This document shows, piece after piece, positions 9,532 through 21,626 of a stretch of 64,000 bases of DNA (the stretch's first letter is position 1; each line of letters begins with the position of its first letter). Location: contig PLCF01000080.1 of the NCBI GenBank assembly GCA_003135555.1, positions 6,619-70,618 of the forward strand, in the 5' to 3' direction. Source of the DNA: Vulcanimicrobiota bacterium (GTDB taxonomy: Bacteria > Vulcanimicrobiota > Vulcanimicrobiia > Vulcanimicrobiales > Vulcanimicrobiaceae). The position numbers were made by a program, and so were the translations under genes. The notes under the pieces are model-generated. The model did not search any database and was not told where the DNA came from. It saw only the letters and a program-made list of their open reading frames with translations.

Positions 9532-10305
9532 CTAGTGCGCGAACAAGACGTACGAGAGTGCGAAGTTGAAAATGAAGATCAGGATGATCGAGGTGACGAC
9601 CGCACCGGTCGTCGCCTTGCCGACGCCGGCCGCGCCGCCGCGCGTCCGCAGACCCTGATATGACCCGATGATCGCGATGATCACCCCGAACACCGCGGAC
9701 TTGAAGAGTCCCTTGAGGACGTCCTCGAACGGCACCGCCGACCGCGCCGAGGTGATGAACGATTCCTGTGAGATGTGCGCGTAGATACCGGCGACCCACA
9801 TCCCGCCGATGATCGAGATGATGTCGGCAAGCACGGTCAGCAAAGGCAGCATGATCAGCAGCGCTAATAGGCGCGGTACGACCAGCATGCGGGTCGGCGA
9901 GAGGCCCAGCGACTGCAGCGCCTCGATTTGCTCGGTGACAACCATCGACCCGAGCTCGGCGGCGATCGCGGCGCCCGTTCGGCCGGCCACCACAACCGCG
10001 GAGAGCATCGGACCGAGCTCGCGGGCGGCGGTGAAGGCGACCAACCCCCCGACGAGGTTGCCGACGCCGTATTGGACCGCTTGGACGGCGCTCTCGAGCG
10101 AGAACACCATCCCGGTGAAGAGCGAGGTCAGGATGACGATCGAGACGGATTGCACGCCCAGCAAATAAGCCTGATCGACCGTCGCGCCCACCCGAATCCG
10201 CAACCCCACGATGAAGCGCAGCGCGTCGGCAAAAAGCTCCGCGACGCCTCCGGCGTAGGCGAAGGCGTTGGTCGTCCCGCGCCCGGCGTCCTCGAGCACC
10301 TTCAT
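9532..10305 (-). CDS. mlaE: MlaE-type ABC permease
   Basis: RELGPML...AGRTGAAIAAELGSM.VTEQIEAL; GGAAGVGKATT. Confidence 0.92.
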   Translation of the reverse strand: MKVLEDAGRGTTNAFAYAGGVAELFADALRFIVGLRIRVGATVDQAYLLGVQSVSIVILTSLFTGMVFSLESAVQAVQYGVGNLVGGLVAFTAARELGPMLSAVVVAGRTGAAIAAELGSMVVTEQIEALQSLGLSPTRMLVVPRLLALLIMLPLLTVLADIISIIGGMWVAGIYAHISQESFITSARSAVPFEDVLKGLFKSAVFGVIIAIIGSYQGLRTRGGAAGVGKATTGAVVTSIILIFIFNFALSYVLFAH

Positions 10306-10646
10306 CCGGCGCGAAGTTCAGCGAGGGCGCCGAGGACGCCTCGCACCGCCTCGATCCGCTTGGCCACCACACCGCGCTCGGCGGTGAGGTTGTACTCGAG
10401 CTGGTAGAGGCGCTCGAGTTCGCGGTCCACGTGGCGCAGCTGGCCCTGCGCCTCGCGCTCGTAGGGTTCGAAATAGCGCCGGACGGCCTCGAGATAGGCC
10501 TCGGCCACGGCGGCATCCACCGCGCCGGCCGCCAAGGCGCGCTCGACGCGATCCTGCGCGCCCCGCATGGGGCGGTCGGTCAGGTGAAAGGCTCCGACGG
10601 CTGCCGCCAGCGCCGCGAGGCGCTTGGGCTCAGGGGCCGAGGGCAC
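10302..10646 (-). CDS. Hypothetical coiled-coil protein between rph and mlaE
   Basis: Heptad-rich ORF whose stop overlaps the mlaE ATG; start uncertain. Confidence 0.6.
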   Translation of the reverse strand: MPSAPEPKRLAALAAAVGAFHLTDRPMRGAQDRVERALAAGAVDAAVAEAYLEAVRRYFEPYEREAQGQLRHVDRELERLYQLEYNLTAERGVVAKRIEAVRGVLGALAELRAG

Positions 10647-11358
10647 GAGCCTGGGCCTCGAACAGCTGCCGGATCCCGGCCTCGGCGAGCTCGAGCAGCC
10701 CGTCGAGCTGGGTGCGGGTGAACGGCTCGCGCTCCGCGGTGCCTTGCACCTCGACGAAGCCGCCGGCATCGGTCATGGCCACGTTCATGTCGACCTCGGC
10801 CCGGCTGTCCTCGTCATAGGGAAGATCGAGCACGGGCGTCCCCTCGACGATGCCGACCGAAACCGCCGCGATCTGGCCGATCAGCGGCCACTTCTGCTTC
10901 TGCTCCGGATCGAAGTGCTTGCGCAGCGCCAGGGCCAACGCCACCCAGGCCCCGGTGATCGCCGCGGTGCGGGTGCCGCCGTCGGCGCCGATCACGTCGC
11001 AGTCGACGATCACGCTGCGCTCGCCGAGCTTCTGCATATCGACCACCGCACGCAACGCGCGGCCGACCAGCCGCTGGATCTCGTGCGTACGCCCGCCCAG
11101 ACGCCCCTTCGTTGCCTCGCGCTGATTGCGCTCGGGAGTCGCTTGCGGCAACATCGCGTATTCGGCGGTGACCCAGCCGGTGCCGCGGCCGCGCATCCAG
11201 GGCGGCACGCGCTCCTCGATCGTCGCCGCGCAAATCACCCGCGTGTTCCCGACCGAGATCAGCACGCTGCCGTCGGCGAACGTCAAATACCCCGGCTCGA
11301 ACGTGACGGGGCGAAGCTGATCCGGAGCACGGCCGTCGCTACGCTGCACCGGCGCCAT
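10630..11358 (-). CDS. rph: Ribonuclease PH
   Basis: [56 protein letters not shown]. Confidence 0.95.
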   Translation of the reverse strand: MAPVQRSDGRAPDQLRPVTFEPGYLTFADGSVLISVGNTRVICAATIEERVPPWMRGRGTGWVTAEYAMLPQATPERNQREATKGRLGGRTHEIQRLVGRALRAVVDMQKLGERSVIVDCDVIGADGGTRTAAITGAWVALALALRKHFDPEQKQKWPLIGQIAAVSVGIVEGTPVLDLPYDEDSRAEVDMNVAMTDAGGFVEVQGTAEREPFTRTQLDGLLELAEAGIRQLFEAQARALGP

Positions 11359-11381
11359 GTTCCGATCCACGAAGGCCGTTC

Positions 11382-13220
<1,839 letters not shown>

Positions 13221-13358
13221 TCTAACGGCGCTCCGGTTTGACGGCGCTCCGCCCCAGGCTCCGCGCCCCCCACGCCTGCGGCGCGGGGCCCCCGGACCGA
13301 CCTCGCAACGACACGATCATCGCTTCACTATTCTACTGCGCTCGGTCCATCACCACTC
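13221..13358 (-). repeat. Intergenic repeat family, copy 2 (3' end GGAGCGCCGT duplicated)
   Basis: Same conserved blocks as copy 1; ends GGAGCGCCGTTAGA directly before the glmS ATG. Confidence 0.85.
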
Positions 13359-13370
13359 TGGTGAACGCTG

Positions 13371-13589
13371 CTATTTGATCCCTTCCTTCGTGCGCTTGTA
13401 GGGGATCTTGCCGAGGCGGACTTCGTTGAAGGCGGTCGACACCGGCTTGTTGGGGTTCACGCGCTCGGTGAGCGGCGGGGCGCCGTTGTTGAGCTGCTTG
13501 GCACGCTTGGTCACGACGTTGACCAGAGAGAATTTCGAGTCGACGTGCTTGAGCAGTCCGTCGAGGTCGCCAAATACGCTGTCACTCAT
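13371..13589 (-). CDS. rpoZ: RNA polymerase omega subunit
   Basis: VDSKFSLVNVVTKRAKQL...KPVSTAFNEV; follows gmk. Confidence 0.92.
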   Translation of the reverse strand: MSDSVFGDLDGLLKHVDSKFSLVNVVTKRAKQLNNGAPPLTERVNPNKPVSTAFNEVRLGKIPYKRTKEGIK

Positions 13590-13592
13590 GGG

Positions 13593-14210
13593 TTAGGTGT
13601 CTTCCAATTCTTTGAGACGAATGTCGGGCACGCGATGGATACGGTACCGTTCGGCCCGCACGATCGCCTCGAGGTCGTCCACCGCTTGTTCGGGGTGGGC
13701 TTCCTCGTTGATGACGAGATAATCGAACCGGCGAACGAAGGTGAACTCGTCGTGCGCGATCTCGAGCCGCGCGGCGATCTGTTCGTTCGTCTCGGTACGC
13801 CGCGTCTCGAGGCGCGAGCGAAGGTGTGAGAACTTGTCGGGGACGATGAAGATGAGGACGGCGTCGGGGAACTGCGATTTGATGGCGAGCGCCCCGTTGA
13901 CTTCAGGCTTGGCGACGATATCGTAGCCGTCGCGCAGCTTGTCCTCGATGAACGACCGCGGCATCCCGTAGAGGCTGCCGTTGTACTCGCGCCACTCCAA
14001 AAACGCATCTTCCTCGATGCGGCGCTCGAATTGAGCGCGCGTCAGGAAGAAATAGTCGACGTCGTCGCGTTCGCCCTCACGGGGCGCTCGAGTGGTGGCC
14101 GAAACCGAGTATAAGAGACGCTCGTGGCGGGCCTTGAGACCCTCCACCAACGTGTCTTTTCCCGCTCCCGACGGGCCCGACACGACGAACAGTAGACCGG
14201 GCCCGGTCAG
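13593..14210 (-). CDS. gmk: Guanylate kinase (probable CTG start)
   Basis: GLLFVVSGPSGAGKDT, SVSATTRAPREGE; strong SD GGAGG precedes the in-frame CTG at 14210. Confidence 0.92.
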   Translation of the reverse strand: MTGPGLLFVVSGPSGAGKDTLVEGLKARHERLLYSVSATTRAPREGERDDVDYFFLTRAQFERRIEEDAFLEWREYNGSLYGMPRSFIEDKLRDGYDIVAKPEVNGALAIKSQFPDAVLIFIVPDKFSHLRSRLETRRTETNEQIAARLEIAHDEFTFVRRFDYLVINEEAHPEQAVDDLEAIVRAERYRIHRVPDIRLKELEDT

Positions 14211-14298
14211 GACGCCTCCCTCCTCACGTATGGGTCAAACACGGATAAATACGAAAATGGCGGGAAAGCACCTGCTCGCCTATGCCTTGTGACCCCGG

Positions 14299-16005
14299 AT
14301 GACCACGGATTGGATGCTGATTGGGCGCGCGGCTGCGGAGCTCGAGCGTGAACTGCGCGGCGGGCGCGTGACCGATGCGGGGCTCCTCGACGACGGCCGC
14401 GTCGCCCTGCGGCTGGGCGGGCTGCGCCGCCGTGGCAGCGCCACGCTGGCCGTCGACGCCTTCGGCTCACCGCCGCTGGTCACGCTCGACGACGCCGAGC
14501 TGGCGGTCGCCGCAGATCCGGGCTGGCTCCGCTCGGTCGGCACGTCGCTACGCGGGATGCGGTTGCTCTCGGTGCACGGGCGGCGCGGCGACCGGGTGCT
14601 GGTATTCGAATTCGGAAAGGCGTCGCGCTTCGGCGTCGAGAGTGCGTCGCGGCTCGTTCTGGAGCTGGTGCCGCGTTACGGAAACGTCGTGCTGCTCAAC
14701 GACACCCTCGTTGTCGCCGCGGCCAAGCAGTTCTCGCCGGCCCAGAACGAAGCACGCTCGGTCCAGATCGGCCTGCCCTACAATCCCCCGCCGTTGCCGC
14801 AGCCGACCCTCGACTTCGCAGGCTTCACCCGCGCCCTCGAATCCGGCGCGGACGCCGCTGCCCGGGCGCGCGCGCTAGGCGGCTACCTGCCGGAGCTGCC
14901 GCGGCTCCCGGCGACCTCCCTGGCCGCCGAGAGTCTTCGCACGGCCTGGCCTTCGGCGGCGAGCCTGGCGGACTGGTTGGCACAGCGCGCGCAAGCGCTC
15001 TTGGCGTCGAGCGACGCGGTCACCAAGGGCGACGGCGAGGTTCACGTCTACCGCGACGCCGGCGGCGGCATCGTTGCGGCCCACGTGCTGCCGCTCGCGC
15101 AGTATGCCGAGCTCGCTCACGCGACCGGCGCGTCGTTGTTGGACGTCTTCGCCGAGGCGCGTTCGGCGACGCTGCGGGCGCAACACGGCGATGCGACCGA
15201 GCGGCGGCGCGCGACACTGTTGACGCGCATCACCGGACGCATCCGCAAGACCGACGCGGAGATCGACTCGCTCACCAAACGCCTGGGCGACGCCGCGGAG
15301 CGCGCGCGCCTGCGCGAGAGCGCCGACGCGCTCTATACGCATGCGCTGGAAGTTCCGCGCGGCGCGACGAGTTACGTCCCGCCGACCAACCCCGCGCTGA
15401 CGATCGCGCTCGACCCCGAACTGGGTCCCAAAGACAATGCCCAGCGGTACTACGCGCTCTACCGCAAAGCGGCCGGCGCGCTGCGGCATCTCGAAGAGCG
15501 CAGCACCGCGATGAGGGCGCGGCGCGCAGCGCTCGACGTGCTCGCCTTCGAAGCCGCGCGCGCCGACGCGCCCACCTTGCCGGAGCTCGTTGCCGACCTC
15601 GACGAGCTCGAAGGCCGACAGCCGCAACGTCCGGCGGCGTCGGGTGCGCGCCGCCGGGCGCCGCTGCGCGTCGACCGCCCGTCGGGGGCGCGTATCTACG
15701 TCGGGCGCTCGCCGCGCGAGAACGTCGAGGTCACCTTCCGGATCGGGCGGCCCGACGATCTGTGGTTTCACGCGCGCGGCATCCCCGGCTCGCACGTCAT
15801 CCTGCAAGCGCCGGCCGGCGTGGCACCCGACGACGCGGACCTCGATGCCGCCGCCGATCTTGCCGCCGCGCACAGCAAGGCCAAAGATGCGCCGCGAGTC
15901 GACGTCGACTACACCAAACGCAAGTACGTCCGCAAACAGCAGGATGCCGGTGTCGGAAACGTCTGGTACGTCAACGCGCGCACGCGCGTCGGGAGGCCGG
16001 GCTAG
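14299..16005 (+). CDS. rqcH: NFACT/Rqc2-family ribosome quality control protein
   Basis: GDRVL, ELVPRYGNVVL, NAQRYY..Y.K, DLWFHARGIPGSHV, VDYTKRKYVRK. Confidence 0.88.
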   Translation: MTTDWMLIGRAAAELERELRGGRVTDAGLLDDGRVALRLGGLRRRGSATLAVDAFGSPPLVTLDDAELAVAADPGWLRSVGTSLRGMRLLSVHGRRGDRVLVFEFGKASRFGVESASRLVLELVPRYGNVVLLNDTLVVAAAKQFSPAQNEARSVQIGLPYNPPPLPQPTLDFAGFTRALESGADAAARARALGGYLPELPRLPATSLAAESLRTAWPSAASLADWLAQRAQALLASSDAVTKGDGEVHVYRDAGGGIVAAHVLPLAQYAELAHATGASLLDVFAEARSATLRAQHGDATERRRATLLTRITGRIRKTDAEIDSLTKRLGDAAERARLRESADALYTHALEVPRGATSYVPPTNPALTIALDPELGPKDNAQRYYALYRKAAGALRHLEERSTAMRARRAALDVLAFEAARADAPTLPELVADLDELEGRQPQRPAASGARRRAPLRVDRPSGARIYVGRSPRENVEVTFRIGRPDDLWFHARGIPGSHVILQAPAGVAPDDADLDAAADLAAAHSKAKDAPRVDVDYTKRKYVRKQQDAGVGNVWYVNARTRVGRPG

Positions 16006-16355
16006 GGCTGCAGCGCCGCGCGGTAGGCGCGGACCTCTTTGGCGACGCGCTCGTACTCCGCGTCGATCGCGGCGGCGCGTTCGCGTGCCCCGGTCAAGTT
16101 GCCGAGCCGCGCCCGCGCGTCGAGGTCCGACGCCAGCAGGTACACCGCGTTGGCGCCGATGTTGCCGGCGCTCCCTTTGATGCCGTGCGCGGCACGGGCG
16201 ACCAGCGCCGCGTTGCCCGCCGCGAGGCCGTCCGCGAGCGTCGTGCGATGCTTCTTGCTGGTCTCGAGCGCCATCTCCAGCAACCTGGCGATGCCCTCGA
16301 CGTCGTCCTCGAACGCTTCTTCGAGCCGCGTTAGGTCGAGTACGCCCCTATCCAC
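16002..16355 (-). CDS. Hpt phosphotransfer protein
   Basis: AAHGIKGSAGNIGA Hpt motif; directly downstream of the hybrid kinase. Confidence 0.88.
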   Translation of the reverse strand: MDRGVLDLTRLEEAFEDDVEGIARLLEMALETSKKHRTTLADGLAAGNAALVARAAHGIKGSAGNIGANAVYLLASDLDARARLGNLTGARERAAAIDAEYERVAKEVRAYRAALQP

Positions 16356-19101
16356 CGACGCCGACGCCGTTCCCGAAGCGTTCGACGGCGTCGCGCAGCG
16401 CGGCGAGTTGGACGGGCTTGGCGAGATAGTCATCCATCCCGGCCGCCAAGCACGCTTCGCGGTCGCCATCGAGCGCGTTCGCGGTCATCGCGATGATCGG
16501 AACGTGACCGCCCCGCGACGCCTCGCTACGCCTGATCTCGCGGGTCGCCTCGAAACCGTCGAGTTCGGGCATCTGACAATCCATCAGGACGAGGTCGTAC
16601 GAGCGGTGCGCGAGGGCATCGATCGCCTCGCGACCGTCGGTCACCGCGTGCGCGCGGTAGCCCAGCTTCTTGAGCTGCTGCAGAGCCAGGGTCCGGTTCA
16701 CCGGGTTGTCCTCGGCGACGAGGACCAGCACGCCTTCGCCGCGCGGCTCCTCGACCGCGTCGAGCGCGATCGGTCCGACGGCCGGCATCGTGCCGCCGGC
16801 GAGAACGCGGGCGAGCACGTCCTGCAGCACCCCGCGCCGAATCGGCTTACGGATCACCGCGGCGAGCCCGACCTCGGCCCCAGCCGAAGTGCCGTCTTCG
16901 GCGCCGCTCACCATCACCATCGGGACGTGCTCGAAGCCGGGCAGCGACCGCAGTCGGGCGGCAAGAGCAATACCGTCGCCGCCGGCGCCGCGGTCGACGA
17001 CGACCACGTCGAAGGCCCGCTCGCGCGCCGCGGTGGCAGCGGCGAGCTCCAGCGCCTGCTCCGCGTTGCCGGTGCTCGTGGCGACGGCACCCCAGGCCAA
17101 GAGATATTGGTCGACGACGTTGCGCGCCACCGTCTCGCCGTCGACGACGAGGATGCGCGCGCCGCGCAGCGTGTCGGCCTGCGGTTCGCGCTCCTCGTCG
17201 CCGGCGACGCTGCTCAGCGGAACCGCGAACCAAAACGTCGAGCCGCGGCCGATATCGCTCTCGAAGCCGATCCGGCCCCCCATGAGCTCGACGATACGGC
17301 GCGAGATCGACAGGCCCAGGCCCGTGCCGCCGAAGCGCCGGCGCGTCGACTGATCGGCTTGCCGGAACGGCTCGAAGAGGCGCTCCGCCACCTCGGGCGC
17401 GATCCCGGGACCCGTGTCGGTCACCGAGAAGCGCAGCACGGCCGTCTGCTCCGCCTCGACGCGGTCGACGACCGCGCGCACGGTGACGCTGCCTTGCGCG
17501 GTGAACTTGACGGCGTTCCCGAGCAGGTTCAAGAGCACTTGGCGCAGGCGGTCGGCGTCACCCAGGACGCGCCGCGGGACGTCGGGCGCGACGTACGTCG
17601 AAAGCGAAAGGCGCTTCTTGCGCGCCGCGGCCGCGAGGATCTCGGTTGCGTTCTCGACGGCGACGGCCGGGGCGAACACGACGCGTTCGAGCTCCATGCG
17701 ACCGGCTTCGATCTTCGAAAAATCGAGGATGTCGTTGACGATCGCCAGCAGCGACGCCGCCGAATCACGTACCGTTGCGGCGTACTCACGCCCCTCCTCG
17801 GACAGCGGGGTTTGGAGCAGCAGCTCCGACATCCCGACCACCGCGTTGATCGGCGTACGGATCTCGTGGCTCATCGTCGCCAGGAACTGCGACTTCACTT
17901 CGGCCGCGTCGACGGCCCGATCGTGCGCGGCTCGGATCGCTTCGTCCGCGGTCTTGCGCTGAGTGATGTCGCGCAGGATGATGATCGTCTCGCCGAAGGC
18001 GTGCGTGAGGTTGCGTCCGCGCGCAATCTCGACCGGAAAGAGGTTGCCGCGCGAGTCGCACCCGACCGTCTCGGCGTTGGAAGGCTCGGGTACATCCGCG
18101 ATCGACGCGTAGTCGGGCAGAATGCGCACGATCGGCGTCCCGATGAGGTCCTCGCTCACGAAGCCGAAGAGGGCGGCGGCCGCCGGGTTCACCGACGCGA
18201 TGGCCGCGCGCTCGTCGAGCGCGATCAGCGCATCCGCGACGCCGTTGACGATTCCGCGCAAGCGCCGTTCGTTGGCCGCAAACACGCGCGACAGACGGTT
18301 CGTCTCGGCCAGCAGCGCAACGACCAGAAACGTCGTGGCGACCAGGACGTCGAGACGCGCGAGATACCAGCCCACGCTATAGCGCGCGCCGCCTAACGCG
18401 TTGAGCAACGCCTCGATGAGCAGCGCGGCCGTCGGAACCATCAGCCAGGCGTCGACCACGGTACGCTCGGCGCGGCGCTGCAGCATCACCAGCGTGCTCG
18501 CCGACAATACGGCGACGGCTCCGAGCGCAAGGTAGATGCCGATGAGGTACTGGCCGCCCTGCGAGAGCGGTGGCAGCGACTCGCCGAAGGTGAGCGTCAG
18601 CTGGATCGCGGCGAAGGCCGCGACGACCGTCGCGATGACGGCTGCGGTGGTGCGCCCGGTACGCACGCGCAGCCGGCCGTCGCGCGGACCGAGCACGACG
18701 TAGGCGGCAAATGCCGCGGGCAGCACCGTGTGCCACAGGATCCACAGGTATGTGGATGTACTCCCCGTCCGTCCGACGGTGAAGCCTCCCACGCCGGGGA
18801 ACGTCAGGATGTACGGAACGAAGACGATCGTGCTGAACAGCACGCCGCACGCCAGCACCAGCAGCGACGGCTTGCGCGAAACGGCGAATTGTCCGAACAG
18901 GATCGTGACGGTGATCGCCAGTCCCATGAGAACCGCGCCGCCGTAGAGCGTGACGAAGCCCGGAAACGTCCCCACGACAACCCGCGAGACGGGGGCAGCG
19001 GCCAACGCGACCGCACCGAGCGACGCGATCGCGACGAGAGCCGCGCGACGCTGTTGCGGCGAGGCCGGCAGAGTCGCGAGATCGAGAGCCGGACTGTTCA
19101 C
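16348..19101 (-). CDS. Hybrid sensor histidine kinase (MASE4-like membrane domain, PAS, HisKA, HATPase, 2x REC)
   Basis: FLATMSHEIRTP, NLLGNAVKFT, GGTGLGL, LVLMDCQMPELDG. Confidence 0.92.
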   Translation of the reverse strand: MNSPALDLATLPASPQQRRAALVAIASLGAVALAAAPVSRVVVGTFPGFVTLYGGAVLMGLAITVTILFGQFAVSRKPSLLVLACGVLFSTIVFVPYILTFPGVGGFTVGRTGSTSTYLWILWHTVLPAAFAAYVVLGPRDGRLRVRTGRTTAAVIATVVAAFAAIQLTLTFGESLPPLSQGGQYLIGIYLALGAVAVLSASTLVMLQRRAERTVVDAWLMVPTAALLIEALLNALGGARYSVGWYLARLDVLVATTFLVVALLAETNRLSRVFAANERRLRGIVNGVADALIALDERAAIASVNPAAAALFGFVSEDLIGTPIVRILPDYASIADVPEPSNAETVGCDSRGNLFPVEIARGRNLTHAFGETIIILRDITQRKTADEAIRAAHDRAVDAAEVKSQFLATMSHEIRTPINAVVGMSELLLQTPLSEEGREYAATVRDSAASLLAIVNDILDFSKIEAGRMELERVVFAPAVAVENATEILAAAARKKRLSLSTYVAPDVPRRVLGDADRLRQVLLNLLGNAVKFTAQGSVTVRAVVDRVEAEQTAVLRFSVTDTGPGIAPEVAERLFEPFRQADQSTRRRFGGTGLGLSISRRIVELMGGRIGFESDIGRGSTFWFAVPLSSVAGDEEREPQADTLRGARILVVDGETVARNVVDQYLLAWGAVATSTGNAEQALELAAATAARERAFDVVVVDRGAGGDGIALAARLRSLPGFEHVPMVMVSGAEDGTSAGAEVGLAAVIRKPIRRGVLQDVLARVLAGGTMPAVGPIALDAVEEPRGEGVLVLVAEDNPVNRTLALQQLKKLGYRAHAVTDGREAIDALAHRSYDLVLMDCQMPELDGFEATREIRRSEASRGGHVPIIAMTANALDGDREACLAAGMDDYLAKPVQLAALRDAVERFGNGVGVGG

Positions 19102-19175
19102 GCCCGTTCCGCCTTCTCGGCCGGTGATCGGGCGCCCGTCGAAACCGTACTATCGAACGAAAAGAATCGGTAACA

Positions 19176-20282
19176 TCAGGCGCGTTCGACAAACATCGCA
19201 TCGCCAAAAGAAAAGAAACGGTAACGCTTTTCGATCGCCACGCGATAGGCATTTCTCATGCGATCGTAACCTGCGAACGCCGTAACGAGCACCAGCAACG
19301 TCGAGCGCGGCAGGTGGAAGTTGGTCAAGAGCGCGTCGACGACCTGAAACGTAAAGCCGGGCGTGACAAAGAGCGTCGTCTCCCCTTCCCCGGCGGGCAC
19401 CCGTCCGTTGCCCAGCGCGGCTCCCTCCAGCGCCCGCAGAACGGTGGTCCCGGCCGCGATGACGCGGCGTCCTTCACCTTTGGCCGCGGCGATCGCCGCG
19501 GCGGTCTGCGCTGGGATCGCATACCGTTCGGCGTGCATCACGTGGTCGTCGACCGTCGCTCCGGCCAGCGGCCGAAACGTGCCCATACCCACGTCGAGGA
19601 CGAGCGGCGCGACGATTACACCGCGCGCGCGGATCGTGTCGAGAACAGCGTGCGTGAAGTGTAACGACGCCGTCGGCGCGGCGACGCTGCCGGGCACGCG
19701 CGCGAACACGGTTTGATAGCGCGCGGCGCGCGCCGCGTCGCTCATCGCGTCCCGTGCCGCCTGCCCGTCGGCGCGGGGTGGCCGAAGGACGTACGGCGGG
19801 AGCGGAACCTCGCCGTGTGACTCGAGCAATCGGCCGACGTCGACATCCGCGTCGAAGCGCACGATGCGCGGACCATCCGGCAGGACGCCCACGACCGATA
19901 CGCCCGCAGTGCCGATGCGAAGCCGCGTTCCGTCACGCAGCTTGCGGCCGGGGCGCACCAACGCCAGCCAGTCGCGCGCGGCCGGATCGAAAGCGGCCTG
20001 CGCGCTGGGGCGCAGCAGCAGCAGCTCGGCGGCGCCGCCACCGTCGCGAACCGCGCGCAGCCGGGCGCGCACCACCAGCGTCTCGTTGACCACCAGCACG
20101 TCGCCGGCACGCAGCAGCTCGGGAAAGTCCGCAAAGGTCAGATCACGCGTCGCATCGCCGGCGCCGACGGCGAGCAGGCGCGAGCCATCCCGTTGCGCGG
20201 CCGGCTCGCGCGCGACGAGCTCGTCGGGCAGCGCGTATTCGTACGCCGCCGTGTCACGGGGACCGCCTGCGGAGTCGCGCAA
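19176..20282 (-). CDS. queA: SAM:tRNA ribosyltransferase-isomerase
   Basis: GEVPLPPY, RYQTVFA..PGSVAAPTASLHF, TNFHLPRSTL, YRFFSFGDAM. Confidence 0.95.
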   Translation of the reverse strand: MRDSAGGPRDTAAYEYALPDELVAREPAAQRDGSRLLAVGAGDATRDLTFADFPELLRAGDVLVVNETLVVRARLRAVRDGGGAAELLLLRPSAQAAFDPAARDWLALVRPGRKLRDGTRLRIGTAGVSVVGVLPDGPRIVRFDADVDVGRLLESHGEVPLPPYVLRPPRADGQAARDAMSDAARAARYQTVFARVPGSVAAPTASLHFTHAVLDTIRARGVIVAPLVLDVGMGTFRPLAGATVDDHVMHAERYAIPAQTAAAIAAAKGEGRRVIAAGTTVLRALEGAALGNGRVPAGEGETTLFVTPGFTFQVVDALLTNFHLPRSTLLVLVTAFAGYDRMRNAYRVAIEKRYRFFSFGDAMFVERA

Positions 20283-20286
20283 TCCG

Positions 20287-20631
20287 TCAGCGGGCCGGAA
20301 CGCGCCGGCCCTCCAGCTCGAGCAAGGTATGGAGCGTGCGACGCTTCTCCTCGCTCATCTCGACGAACAGGACACCGCAGGCAAAGGTGTCGCCGGCGAC
20401 GGCCCGCACCCAGCGCACCTCGCCGCGCACCACCAGCGGCGGCGTACACTTGAACGCGAAGGCGTATTGCATCAGCGGCGGCAGATACGCATCCGAGAGC
20501 AAGCGCATCCCGGTCGCGCTGATGTCGGCGACGGTGCCGTGAAACCGCGCGAAGGCATGCTTGTCCTCGATGACGACGCCGATCGACTTTCGCAACCGCA
20601 TACTCGCCCGTTCGGGCCCGCCGTCAGCCAT
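20287..20631 (-). CDS. PilZ-domain protein
   Basis: RASMR (RxxxR) and DISATG (DxSxxG) c-di-GMP motifs. Confidence 0.82.
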   Translation of the reverse strand: MADGGPERASMRLRKSIGVVIEDKHAFARFHGTVADISATGMRLLSDAYLPPLMQYAFAFKCTPPLVVRGEVRWVRAVAGDTFACGVLFVEMSEEKRRTLHTLLELEGRRVPAR

Positions 20632-21619
20632 TGGTCAGCGTCGTTCCCGGAAAGTAAAAGGCCAGGATCTCGGCCGCCCCGGCGCCGCCGGCGGCGAAGA
20701 ACTTCGTTCCCCACTGACACAACCCGACGCCGTGGCCGCGCCCCGCGCCTTCGATGAGCAGGCGCGGCGCAGGTTGCGCCGCATCGATGCGCACCGAGCG
20801 CAGCCACAGGCTGCGCACGACGTCGTAGCCGAGCGCGCGCCGGAAGTCCGCGACCGGGACCGTGGTCGAAGTCGCCCCCAGCAACGCCACGCCGCGCGGC
20901 CGTCCGGTGGCATCGGGTTGCGTGAGGAAGGTCCCCGTCAACGTTCCGCCGGTGCGCGCGCCGAACGCTGCGACGGCGCGTTCGAGCGGCACCGCGCGCG
21001 ACCAGCGGTACTCCGGAGCGGCGGCGCAGTACGGGTCGACGACGCCGCGCAGATAGGGCAGCGGCGCCCCGTTCCACACCGCCGCGACGTCGGCCGTGTG
21101 GCCGCCGCAGCACGACGAGTAGAACACCGACGCCAGACCACCGCCATAGGTGAGCGTGCGCCCGCGGCAGGTTTGGATCGCCGCTGTCGCGGCCGGATGC
21201 TCGGCATCGACGCCGCCCCATTGTTGATCGCTGTCGCCGGCTTGCACGTCCCACGGTCGCGAGAGCGAGCGGCGCGCGAGCGCAAACGTGCGCGCGACGA
21301 TCGCCTGAGCTTGCAGAGCCGCGGTCGGCCACGACGGCGGCGACTCGAGCGGAACCACACCCTGCAAGTACGCGTCGACGTCGATCGTGGTGACCAACGC
21401 CATCCTACCGTCGGGCATCCCGACGGTCGAGGGCGCACCGCGCCAGCGCTTTCCGGCGAAGCCGAACGTCCCGTCGGCGTACACGCGGGGCGTCTCGCCA
21501 CGCACGTCGGCCGCGACGAGCACCCGAATCTGCGGCGACGTCGGATCCCACACGTCCAGCCCGCCCGTTCCGATCGTGGACGCTGCGGCGAGCTTGAGGA
21601 ACTCCGAGCGTGCGATCAT
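20624..21619 (-). CDS. SpoIID/LytB-domain lytic transglycosylase
   Basis: YLQGVVPLE..ALQAQAIVARTFA, YSSCCGGHT, GHGVGLCQWG, ILAFYFPGT. Confidence 0.9.
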   Translation of the reverse strand: MIARSEFLKLAAASTIGTGGLDVWDPTSPQIRVLVAADVRGETPRVYADGTFGFAGKRWRGAPSTVGMPDGRMALVTTIDVDAYLQGVVPLESPPSWPTAALQAQAIVARTFALARRSLSRPWDVQAGDSDQQWGGVDAEHPAATAAIQTCRGRTLTYGGGLASVFYSSCCGGHTADVAAVWNGAPLPYLRGVVDPYCAAAPEYRWSRAVPLERAVAAFGARTGGTLTGTFLTQPDATGRPRGVALLGATSTTVPVADFRRALGYDVVRSLWLRSVRIDAAQPAPRLLIEGAGRGHGVGLCQWGTKFFAAGGAGAAEILAFYFPGTTLTNG

Positions 21620-21626
21620 GCGGGGC

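Noticed and set aside
13221..13370. glmS ribozyme upstream of glmS
   Set aside because: Only AGCGCC matches; the region is a copy of the repeat also found before panE, ruvA and pknB
16039..18396. Long antisense ORFs (also 11697-13241, 27255-29624, 37451-39010 and the 5' part of 54298-56850)
   Set aside because: Shadow frames of well-supported genes, typical of high-GC DNA
20624..21619. Sporulation system inferred from SpoIID/SpoIIE domains
   Set aside because: Both domains are widespread in non-sporulating bacteria and no other spo genes are present
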